From a virus (taxonomy: Duplodnaviria > Caudoviricetes): DNA of 64,000 nt. Each line of letters starts with the position of its first letter. Within the stretch, counting starts at the first letter, position 1. The notes beneath the pieces were generated by a model that had not been told where the DNA came from, did no database searches, and saw nothing but the letters and a program-made list of their open reading frames with translations. Shown one piece after another: positions 9,067 through 16,996 of the stretch. The position numbers and the translations under genes were made by a program. The stretch spans positions 12,785 through 76,784 of the IMG/VR virus record IMGVR_UViG_2619619029_000002; one strand, 5' to 3'.

Positions 9067-9494
9067 GGTGGCGCGTCTCCCGGGGCGACGCCGTCCTCTA
9101 CGAGGGTGGCAGTTGCGTGGAGGCCCACGCGCGCCTCGAGGGCAACGCCGAATTGCTCGTCCTCCTCCCCGGAGAGGATACTTGGCGTGCGGTGGACTCC
9201 TTCCTCTGGCTGGTGCTGGTGGAGGGCCCAGGCCTCCACCGGGAGCCTACGCTGGAGGAGGTGACGGCGCTGCTGCCCCAGGCCGGGTGGCGCGTGGAGA
9301 CGCCCGACGGCCCGCGCGTCCTCCGCGTCGAGCCGCAGCCCCTCCGCGAGGGGTGGCGCCTCCGCGTCTCCTGCGACGCCGGCACCGACTGGCAGCATTT
9401 CGGGCCACTCCGCTCCACCCGCCGCGAGGCTGAGTCCGACAGGCGCGCGTGGCTGGCCCAGGCGTGGCTGGCCGAGGTGGAGCCGCGGCACTGA
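9063..9494 (+). CDS. hypothetical protein
   Basis: GTGA overlap with the previous gene; high-GC3 codons. Confidence 0.6.
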   Translation: MRWRVSRGDAVLYEGGSCVEAHARLEGNAELLVLLPGEDTWRAVDSFLWLVLVEGPGLHREPTLEEVTALLPQAGWRVETPDGPRVLRVEPQPLREGWRLRVSCDAGTDWQHFGPLRSTRREAESDRRAWLAQAWLAEVEPRH

Positions 9495-9586
9495 GGCGCT
9501 GTGGGACTGCGGTGGCATCACCTTGCGGCCCCCCACGGACTGGCGTGACGCCCCCGCTGGTACGCCTCCTGCTCTGCACGGCGGGC

Positions 9587-9871
9587 ATGACCAGGAAACA
9601 GCGGGAGGCGCTCGCGCAGCGCCTGGGAGCGGCGGAGCGGGAGCTGCAGGCAGCAATGGCCGGGCTGGACGGGAGTCCGAAGGCAAGGACGCGATACGCC
9701 CACGCACGCGCGGAACACCAAGCAGCCGCCGCGCTGACCCTCCAGGAACTACAAGGCCCGGCGCCTCGATGGTTGCGCCGGGCCCGTGCAGTCACTCAAC
9801 GGACTCAGGCTGCATCGCGTTCGCCCTCTCGCGAGGCCTGCTCCAGTCGGCGTGCCGCTACCTCGCAGTAG
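9587..9871 (+). CDS. possible small helical protein
   Basis: N-terminal part looks coding; 3' end overlaps the MTase on the opposite strand. Confidence 0.3.
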   Translation: MTRKQREALAQRLGAAERELQAAMAGLDGSPKARTRYAHARAEHQAAAALTLQELQGPAPRWLRRARAVTQRTQAASRSPSREACSSRRAATSQ

Positions 9872-10614
9872 CGTTCCTCGAGATCGACGCCCACGGCGCG
9901 GCGTCCGAGTTGCTGCGCAGCGACGAGGGTGGCACCGGTGCCGGCGAACGGGTCCAGCACCAGGCCGCCCTCGGGGCACGCGCGGGACACCAGGAAGGCC
10001 ATCAATTCGACGGGCTTCTCGGTGGGGTGCGTCCGCCTATTCGGGGTGACGGGCGCGAAGGCCGGCAAGACTGCGCCGTGTCGCTTCCCCATCAGCGGGC
10101 GGCGCTTCGCCCCGCAGGCGTGAAGCACCACCTCGTAGTCGGGCGCGAAGCTTCCCGTGCAGTCACCGGTACCGCCACGGTTTTTCCACCAGATGAGCGC
10201 GCCCTTTGATTTCAGGTGCGGCGCCATCGCGTCGTGGAAATCCGGCCATGAGGCCCAGTGGCAGAAGACGAATGCATGCGCATCGTCGGCCAGCATGGGC
10301 GTCGCCGCGGTGAGAGCCTGGCGGAACACCCGCATCCCCTGGCGTGCGCCGTCAGCGCGGATGTTCGCTGCACCCTTTGTCTTGGGCTGCCATGCCATTC
10401 CGTAGGGCGGGTCGGTGAGGAGCAGGTCCGCGGACTGAGACGGGAGGTCCAGGAGCTGCTCCCGGCAATCGGCGTGGTACAGCTTGACGGTGTCGTTCTC
10501 GTAGTAGGGCTTCACGTTGTCGTGCTCGTTGCGCTGAGGGTAGGACTGCAACTTCAAGCGCAATGCACGTGCGGTGCCGCTCGTCAGTCGGTCTGACGCT
10601 TCGCTATCCTCCAT
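9805..10614 (-). CDS. DNA methyltransferase, N6-adenine/N4-cytosine (beta class); true start possibly GTG 10515
   Basis: LLLTDPPYG (motif IV), HPTEKPVELM, VLDPFAGTGATL (motif I). Confidence 0.92.
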   Translation of the reverse strand: MEDSEASDRLTSGTARALRLKLQSYPQRNEHDNVKPYYENDTVKLYHADCREQLLDLPSQSADLLLTDPPYGMAWQPKTKGAANIRADGARQGMRVFRQALTAATPMLADDAHAFVFCHWASWPDFHDAMAPHLKSKGALIWWKNRGGTGDCTGSFAPDYEVVLHACGAKRRPLMGKRHGAVLPAFAPVTPNRRTHPTEKPVELMAFLVSRACPEGGLVLDPFAGTGATLVAAQQLGRRAVGVDLEERYCEVAARRLEQASREGERDAA

Positions 10615-10634
10615 GGCCTCACTAACCCAGGGGG

Positions 10635-10865
10635 ATGTCCATGTCTGAGGAGCAAGACGAGAAGGAGCGGTTGCTCAAAGAGTACCGAGAGGCCCGTGCG
10701 GAGCTGGCGGCTGACCTGCAGGTGTTCACGGCCCTTGACGCGCTCTCAAACTCCAATCGCGCAGGCCTCGCAGGCTCTGCTCGGGACCTCGCGAAGAGTC
10801 GGCTTGAAAAGAGCCGAGGGAGGTATGAGCAGGCGGTCGGCGTACTTGACCAAAAGCGACTCTAG
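10635..10865 (+). CDS. small helical hypothetical protein
   Basis: 76-aa ORF antisense to its neighbours, protein-like composition. Confidence 0.5.
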   Translation: MSMSEEQDEKERLLKEYREARAELAADLQVFTALDALSNSNRAGLAGSARDLAKSRLEKSRGRYEQAVGVLDQKRL

Positions 10866-10913
10866 AGAGTGCCAGACGGCCCGCCCCGGTGCATTGGAGC
10901 GGGCCGTCTTTCC

Positions 10914-11126
10914 TCACCAGCCGAACGTGTAGCGGGCGCCGATGCCAGCCATCCGCTCGCGGGCGTTGGCCTCAGCAAACCCGAACAGGCCCAGGTTCGG
11001 CGTAAGCCTCGCGCCCAGCTCGCCGCGCGCGTAGGCGCCGGAGAGGCGGGACACGCCGGCCTGGGCCTCCAGGTAGCCGGTACGGACGGGGACGTGAGAC
11101 AACACCCCGTCCAGCCCCGCGGCCAC
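10914..11126 (-). CDS. small beta-strand-rich ORF at the end of the lysis cassette (start uncertain; possible frameshift extension)
   Basis: Strong GC3 bias in this frame; ends ...GIGARYTFGW. Confidence 0.55.
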   Translation of the reverse strand: MAAGLDGVLSHVPVRTGYLEAQAGVSRLSGAYARGELGARLTPNLGLFGFAEANARERMAGIGARYTFGW

Positions 11127-11143
11127 GGCTCGCCGCGGGGCAT

Positions 11144-11653
11144 CTAGGGGCCCGGCGCCACGACCTCCACGTTCAGCTTGCTCGAAGCAATGAGCGCCGC
11201 GGCGGCGGCGTTCGCCCGCGTCTTCTCCTCCGCCTTCTGCGCGCCGTGCATGGCGGAGAACTCCAACTTCGCGAGCGCCTGCTCGTGCGGTTTCAGCGGG
11301 CGCCAACCGTTGGCCTTCAGCCAGTCATCGGCCAGCTTCAGTCCCTTCGCCGCCTTGTCCGCGAAGTTCTCCTTCGGGTCCTCCGCCGCGACGTCCTCAA
11401 CGATGTTGTACGCATGGTGGAAGGCCAGGGCGATGCGGCGCTTGCGCGTGGCCGTCAGCCAGGTGCCGGCGCCGAAGAGTCCGACCGCTCCGACGAGGAC
11501 GCCCAGCGCGGTGCCGATGGCGGTGGGGGTGAGCAGCGAGTCGAGGATGGAGACGGACGTGCCCGGCTCCGCGGTGGTGGCCAGGGCAACGGCGGGCCCG
11601 GAAAGCACCATCGCCACCGAGGCGACGGCGAGCAGCTTCAGCTTCGTTTTCAT
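11144..11653 (-). CDS. membrane protein of the lysis cassette (holin/spanin-like)
   Basis: Signal-like N-terminus plus TM segment IGTALGVLVGAVGLFGAG; directly downstream of the endolysin. Confidence 0.6.
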   Translation of the reverse strand: MKTKLKLLAVASVAMVLSGPAVALATTAEPGTSVSILDSLLTPTAIGTALGVLVGAVGLFGAGTWLTATRKRRIALAFHHAYNIVEDVAAEDPKENFADKAAKGLKLADDWLKANGWRPLKPHEQALAKLEFSAMHGAQKAEEKTRANAAAAALIASSKLNVEVVAPGP

Positions 11654-11720
11654 GCGAGTACTCCTGGGACTGCGGGGATGCCCGGCACCGAGACGCCGGG
11701 CGGAACGAGTGCGCTGACGC

Positions 11721-12245
11721 TCAGGCGCCAGACGCAGCGGGTGTGGGCGCGGAGCCAGCGAAGCGCTCGCGCCGCGAGAGGACGTTGCTGGCGTAGTCCC
11801 GGCCGGTGGTGACGCCGTCCACGGCGGCCAGGCGCTGCGCGTCCGTGGCGTCCGGAGGCAGACGCGCCAGCGCGGAGCGCACCCGGCCCAGGCCCGCGTT
11901 GTAGGCGGCAAGAGCACCAGCCTCCCATCCATCCATGGAGTCGATGAGGCGGCGCAGGAGGCGGCAGCCGTACATCACGTTGACGGCCGGGTCCTGCCAC
12001 AGCGGCCGGCCCAGGTCGTCCACGGCGCCGGCGAAGCTCTTGTGGGCGCGGTCGTCAATCTGCATCAGCCCGCGCCCGTGGCCGTGGTCCCCAGTGCCGC
12101 TGGGCCCCTTGGGCGTGAGCGCGTCGCCGCCCAGGGACTCCCTGTCCATGACGGCGAACACCAGCAGCGGGTCCAGGTCGTACAGCGCGGCGATGGGCTC
12201 CACGGTGGGGAGCCAACGCGAGAGGCGAGAGGGAAGCTGGGGCAT
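11721..12245 (-). CDS. endolysin, soluble lytic transglycosylase (SLT)
   Basis: AVMDRES (catalytic Glu), GLMQI, ALAAYNAG motifs. Confidence 0.9.
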   Translation of the reverse strand: MPQLPSRLSRWLPTVEPIAALYDLDPLLVFAVMDRESLGGDALTPKGPSGTGDHGHGRGLMQIDDRAHKSFAGAVDDLGRPLWQDPAVNVMYGCRLLRRLIDSMDGWEAGALAAYNAGLGRVRSALARLPPDATDAQRLAAVDGVTTGRDYASNVLSRRERFAGSAPTPAASGA

Positions 12246-12285
12246 GGGGACTCCAGGGGGAAGAGGACGTCAGGGGCTCAGTGGG

Positions 12286-12618
12286 TCAGGATGCAGAGTC
12301 CTGCGCGGACGACGATTGCTGCGCCGCGCGGACGGCGCGAGCCTTCGCGAGCCACAGCTCTCCCTGCGCACCGCGCTCCCAGACGCCATCCGCCGTCAGC
12401 GGCTCGCCGGTGAGGTCGGCGCACGTGCGCATGTAATCGAAGGCGCGCTCGTAACCGAACGGATGGATGGAGTGGCGGAGGAGAATCCCGAGCGACTCGG
12501 GGTTGCCTCCGTTCTTCTCGAGCATCTCTTCCGCCTCGGCCCGGAACTGCTCAACGGTCACCGGCGTCGTGTCGGGCACGTAGTCGTCAACATCATGCTC
12601 GTCTGCGGGCTGGGACAT
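12286..12618 (-). CDS. hypothetical protein
   Basis: AGGAG RBS, 110 aa. Confidence 0.65.
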   Translation of the reverse strand: MSQPADEHDVDDYVPDTTPVTVEQFRAEAEEMLEKNGGNPESLGILLRHSIHPFGYERAFDYMRTCADLTGEPLTADGVWERGAQGELWLAKARAVRAAQQSSSAQDSAS

Positions 12619-12707
12619 GCGGTGCTCCTGGGGGGCTGCGAGTGAAAGGGAAGCGCGGTGCGCCACCACCGCGAACGTCGCGGCGAGCGCGCGCGGAGGT
12701 CGAAGGC

Positions 12708-13157
12708 TCACGGCTTGGACCTCGCCGCCTTCTGCGGATCCACGAGGTTGGCCGCGTGCTGGATACGGAGCGCGTTGTTGCGCTCGCCCATCAGCGTGTG
12801 CGAATCGTGGGCTGCGCGGGCGAGTTGCGGACGGGCCTCGGCCTGCCACGTCTCCAGTGCCTTGAGGCGCAGGTCCACCAGCCGCAGTGCGGACTCGTGC
12901 TCGCCCACCCGGCGCAGATCCGCCTTGATGTCCTTCACGTCTGCGGCAACGGCCCCCATTTGCTGGACGAGGATGGGCACCTGACCGGCGTCCAGCCGCT
13001 CCTGCTCCAACGCCTTGAGCCGCTGCTCATGTACGGGCACCTGCTCGACGGCCGCCTCGTGCTTGGCATGCCGGCGGGAAAGCAGCGCATTGAGCAACGG
13101 CGCAGCGATGTTGCTGGCCGCGAACATGGCGAATGCGGCCTCGGGGGTAAGCTCCAT
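12708..13157 (-). CDS. N-terminal hydrophobic + coiled-coil protein (holin/XhlA-like candidate)
   Basis: Hydrophobic N-terminus, heptad repeats, located upstream of the endolysin. Confidence 0.55.
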   Translation of the reverse strand: MELTPEAAFAMFAASNIAAPLLNALLSRRHAKHEAAVEQVPVHEQRLKALEQERLDAGQVPILVQQMGAVAADVKDIKADLRRVGEHESALRLVDLRLKALETWQAEARPQLARAAHDSHTLMGERNNALRIQHAANLVDPQKAARSKP

Positions 13158-13267
13158 GAAGCCGCATCGTCACGGGATGCGAGGACGCCGTCCGGTGAGC
13201 CCGGAGAATCGGCGGAACGCCGCTCTATCCGGTCTCGGCGTCGCGAACTGCGCTGCGGTGGCATTCG

Positions 13268-13846
13268 TCAGCGGAACGCCGACGAGTCTCCCCACTCCGT
13301 CACAGGGACGAAGCGCAGCCCTTCCGGCAGCGGCGACAGGGCGAGTACCCGCTCGACCACCGTCCGGTGAAATACGTGGACCACGGACTCGGCGAGGCGA
13401 AAGACCAGGCGCTCTTCGAGAGGAGTCTCGCCAAGCACCGCTTCATCCAGGAAGAGCTTGTCGAGGCTCAGCAGAGTCAATCCGCTCCGGGAGGTCTCAA
13501 AAATGGAGCGATTCCGGTCCATGCAGCGAATCGACCGCCACATGTGAACCAGCCAGTAGCGCAGCACAAAGTCCCCGACCTGAACGTCTGCGGGGACGAG
13601 CTGGACGCCGTGGAGGTCGACAGCCTCCAACGCCTCCTTCACCCTGGTGGAGACGACTGGCGCTGGCAGACTGTGGTGGTCCACCATGACCGGCCTGGGC
13701 GGAATGGGCTCCCCTAGCTTGAGCCTCACCGGCTCGTGGACCACAACGGGCGCGGGCTTGAGAAAGGGGAGGTACTCCTGGTCCCACGTCAGCAGCGGGT
13801 GCTGCTGGGACCGAGCGCGCATGAGGACGCAGTAGTCGTCTTGCAT
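13268..13846 (-). CDS. immunity protein, Imm11/DUF1629-like
   Basis: YWLVH..IRCMDRNRS..LFLDE..LVFRLAE..GLRFVPV pattern; directly after the AHH gene. Confidence 0.8.
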   Translation of the reverse strand: MQDDYCVLMRARSQQHPLLTWDQEYLPFLKPAPVVVHEPVRLKLGEPIPPRPVMVDHHSLPAPVVSTRVKEALEAVDLHGVQLVPADVQVGDFVLRYWLVHMWRSIRCMDRNRSIFETSRSGLTLLSLDKLFLDEAVLGETPLEERLVFRLAESVVHVFHRTVVERVLALSPLPEGLRFVPVTEWGDSSAFR

Positions 13847-13849
13847 GGC

Positions 13850-14590
13850 CTACTCCCCCACCTGGAGAGGACGCCGCGCCAGCGCGGCACCGGTGTCACC
13901 ATGACGTGTTCCATGCTTTCGGCCGCGCGGACACGCGCGTCGCGGCTTGTCCTGGATGCTCTCAACTCCAGCACAGCCGCTCCCCCCAGGTTGGTAGTCC
14001 AGCCCATCGGTCGTGAGCGTCCATTGGCCAGCAGCCACCTTCCGAAGAATCAATTGGCTCACATCGTCCAACTCAGCCGTCAGCCCGGCGGGGTTGGGGC
14101 AGAAGGCGCCACCAGCAGCCACCTGCGCAACGTGCGCAAGCAACCGCTTGACCGCTTCCGGATAGGCCAAGTCCATGTCGAAGGCCCACCCACCCGAGTG
14201 GGGACCGATGTGGATGGGGACATGGAGCTCGCACGCCACAGTCATGACCATGGGCAGCATGACGCCATTCTCGCGCCGGTTGATGTCGTAGCCGAAGTCA
14301 CGGCAGAAGCGTGCCCACTGTTCGTCATCCGCCATGGCCTCCGAGCAGATGAGGTGGTGAGCCGCGATGGACCAGCGCCCTGTATACCAGGGGTGCTCCT
14401 TCGATTTGCGGCCCGCGAGGATGTTCCCACGTAACTCGGTGGGGTTCCCCAGGTGGTCGCCCCATCGCCTTGCGAGCGTGTGCCACGGCCCCCCGCAGTA
14501 CTCGCAAGGTGGCAAGTCCAAATGCTGCGGCCATTCCTTGGGCTCGGAACCGAACGGCCGAAGAGGTACGCAACGAGAGATGGCGGGCAT
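13850..14590 (-). CDS. AHH-family (HNH/EndoVII fold) nuclease toxin
   Basis: IAAHHLI..GYDINRRENGVMLP..HIGPH; alternative start GTG 14632. Confidence 0.85.
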   Translation of the reverse strand: MPAISRCVPLRPFGSEPKEWPQHLDLPPCEYCGGPWHTLARRWGDHLGNPTELRGNILAGRKSKEHPWYTGRWSIAAHHLICSEAMADDEQWARFCRDFGYDINRRENGVMLPMVMTVACELHVPIHIGPHSGGWAFDMDLAYPEAVKRLLAHVAQVAAGGAFCPNPAGLTAELDDVSQLILRKVAAGQWTLTTDGLDYQPGGSGCAGVESIQDKPRRACPRGRKHGTRHGDTGAALARRPLQVGE

Positions 14591-14675
14591 GCCCGGAAGC
14601 ACACACCCAGCGCGCCGACTATTGAATGGCACGCGAGCGCAGGCGAACGCGCACTTTCCTACAGGACACCGCAGC

Positions 14676-15086
14676 TCACGTACCGGCGCCGATGCTCTCG
14701 CGCTGCCTCACCGCGCGGAGGAACTGCAAGAGAGGAGTCGGCGCCCCCAGCACCTCGAGGATTTCCTCCCGAGTGGCGAAGCCGCGCAGGTGGATGCCGT
14801 TGAGGCACCCGTCGCAGATGAAGTCAGCGTCCGTGGCGAGCCCCCACGCCGCGCGTGTCGCCGGCGGCACCATGGACACGTCCGCCATCATGTCCGCCTG
14901 CTGCCGCCGCCCGCATGGGCATGGCCGCAATGGGTTCTCCGGCTCCTCCACCTCCGTGGGCCGCAGAATCTCACCGGCTGGCCCGCGCGCTGGCTCGCCC
15001 GTCATGGCGCGGATAGACGCGGGCGCCGAGCGGGTACGCCGAGCGTCGAGGTGGTCCTTCAGCGTCTTCAGCTTCCACAGTGTCAT
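14676..15086 (-). CDS. small tail-fibre-associated protein (CxC..CxxC)
   Basis: ATGA-coupled to the fibre gene. Confidence 0.6.
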   Translation of the reverse strand: MTLWKLKTLKDHLDARRTRSAPASIRAMTGEPARGPAGEILRPTEVEEPENPLRPCPCGRRQQADMMADVSMVPPATRAAWGLATDADFICDGCLNGIHLRGFATREEILEVLGAPTPLLQFLRAVRQRESIGAGT

Positions 15087-16987
15087 GCGTCCAGGGCCTC
15101 CCAATAGAGCATGTCGCCCACGTCCGGCGTCTTCGAGGCGTATTGGTCCGTCGAGGTGCTGTAGGTGACGCCCGCCCCAGCATCCACGCTGGAGTGCCAG
15201 ACGTGCGCGGTGGGATGGTTACTTCCCGGCGGCACGGACACGGACTTGATGCGCAGGCGCAGCCGGTCCGCTGCGCCCAGGCCCGGAGCCGCCGCCGTCA
15301 GTACCTCGCCGATGTGCGTGTTCACGGACTGCACCCAGTTGACGGTGTTGTTGTTGGAGTTGGCCCACAGGGTGGTTGTCGCGCGTTCCACCCAGGACTG
15401 CCCCACGTCCAGGCTGTCCAGCGCCACGACGATGCTTCCCTGGGCGGAGCCCGGCTCCCAGCTCCCGCCCGCCCCCATCTCGCCTGTGCGCGGGGGCGTC
15501 AGCAGGTAGATGGTGGCAGTGAAACGGAGCGCGTACTGGTCGTTCGTCGCCGGGGCGTTGCTGAGCACCACCTCCACCGTGGAGCCGATGCCGGTGGCGA
15601 GGTTGGCCGAGCTGGCGGGGTTGTTCGTCCGGGCCGTGACGATGCCGCCGCGCTGGCGCAGCCGAGCGCGCAGCGTGAAGCCACTGCCCCCATTCATGAT
15701 TGCCTGGGTGTCATCGTACGTCGGCAGCGCCGCGTTGTAGGTCCCCGTCTCGCTGCCGCTGCCCGTCGCCCCCCACTTCGCCCGCGGCTCGTGCGTCAGG
15801 CCGCCGCGCAACAACACCATGGGCGTGTTTTGAAACGGGGGGTTGAAGGCCACATAGGCCCCGTGCGCGGCGAGCTGCGCTTGGCGCCCCTTGGCGATGG
15901 TACGCGGCGCCCCACTCCCATCGGAGATGCCCACGTTGTAGCTGATGCTCCCGTCCGGGTTGAGAGCCGTGTACACGCGCGGGGTTGCGGACTCATCGAA
16001 GACGTCCACCACTGCGGAGTCGAAATCCGTCACGCCGTTGCCCGCGTCCAGGTTGGCGATGAGCACCAGGGACACGTACCGCGTGGCCTGGTGCATGGGC
16101 CGGGGGTTGCGCGGGTCCTGCGAGGGCCAGTTCTCCGTGACGTTGGCGGACAGCCCCTTCACCCAGCCCGCGAATTCGCTGTACCCGGTGGACGCCGGCA
16201 GCACCGCCCCGGAGATGCAGTAGTAGTGCTGGCTGCCCAAGTCATTGAGGCCGGCCGCGTTCACCATGGTGACGCCGTCCGCCGCCCACCCGACGAGGCC
16301 GCAGTACACCGCCTTCCCGCCGGACGTGGGCTCCTGAAACTGCCGCACGCGGCAGCGCAGGCGGTACAGCTTCGACGGGTCGTACGGCAGCTTCACCGTG
16401 GAGTAAATCCACACCGCGTTGGTGCACCGCAGGGCGTTGCCACCGGAATAGCCCTGGCCGGAAACGAGGGACGCTGCCGGCGGCGGCAGGAGGGGGTTGC
16501 GCTCCCAGTTGCCCAAGTCGAAGGGCGAGCGCTCGAAGGACTCGGTGAATGCGCCCACGGCATTCCGGGAGGCCTCCTGTGCGGCCGCAGCGGGGACATT
16601 CTTCAAGTTCGCGGTGGCCAACTTCACCATGTCGGGGTCCGCCACCACCGCGCCCCCGAGGACGCGCCAGTCGCTCTGCGTGCCGTTGGAGTACAGGGCC
16701 TGGACGGCGCACTTCACCTCCACCGTGGAGGCCAGGCGCAGCGACACCACCGCGCGGCGCTCAGAGGGGCCCACGCGCACCGGCTCCAGGAGGTAGGTGT
16801 CCGTATTGTTGGGGTCGTCCCCCTCGTAGACGGCCACGCTGAAGCCCAGCAGGAGGTGCGCGGGCAGCGTCTCCACGTGCTCCCAGCGAATGTCAAAGTG
16901 CCGCGGCCGAAGCACGCGCGGGTTCGGCTCGCCCGGCGTGACGTCCACGTCGATGCCGCCCTGCAACTCTTTTTCGCGTGAGCGCAT
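15083..16987 (-). CDS. tail fibre / receptor-binding protein
   Basis: Directly after J; beta-rich, with FN3-like and carbohydrate-binding-like segments. Confidence 0.7.
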   Translation of the reverse strand: MRSREKELQGGIDVDVTPGEPNPRVLRPRHFDIRWEHVETLPAHLLLGFSVAVYEGDDPNNTDTYLLEPVRVGPSERRAVVSLRLASTVEVKCAVQALYSNGTQSDWRVLGGAVVADPDMVKLATANLKNVPAAAAQEASRNAVGAFTESFERSPFDLGNWERNPLLPPPAASLVSGQGYSGGNALRCTNAVWIYSTVKLPYDPSKLYRLRCRVRQFQEPTSGGKAVYCGLVGWAADGVTMVNAAGLNDLGSQHYYCISGAVLPASTGYSEFAGWVKGLSANVTENWPSQDPRNPRPMHQATRYVSLVLIANLDAGNGVTDFDSAVVDVFDESATPRVYTALNPDGSISYNVGISDGSGAPRTIAKGRQAQLAAHGAYVAFNPPFQNTPMVLLRGGLTHEPRAKWGATGSGSETGTYNAALPTYDDTQAIMNGGSGFTLRARLRQRGGIVTARTNNPASSANLATGIGSTVEVVLSNAPATNDQYALRFTATIYLLTPPRTGEMGAGGSWEPGSAQGSIVVALDSLDVGQSWVERATTTLWANSNNNTVNWVQSVNTHIGEVLTAAAPGLGAADRLRLRIKSVSVPPGSNHPTAHVWHSSVDAGAGVTYSTSTDQYASKTPDVGDMLYWEALDA

Positions 16988-16996
16988 GCTTTGTCT

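Noticed and set aside
10862-11143. Pro-rich ORF as an Rz1-like o-spanin
   Set aside because: No hydrophobic signal before the Cys residues; the codon bias favours the overlapping frame 10914..11126.
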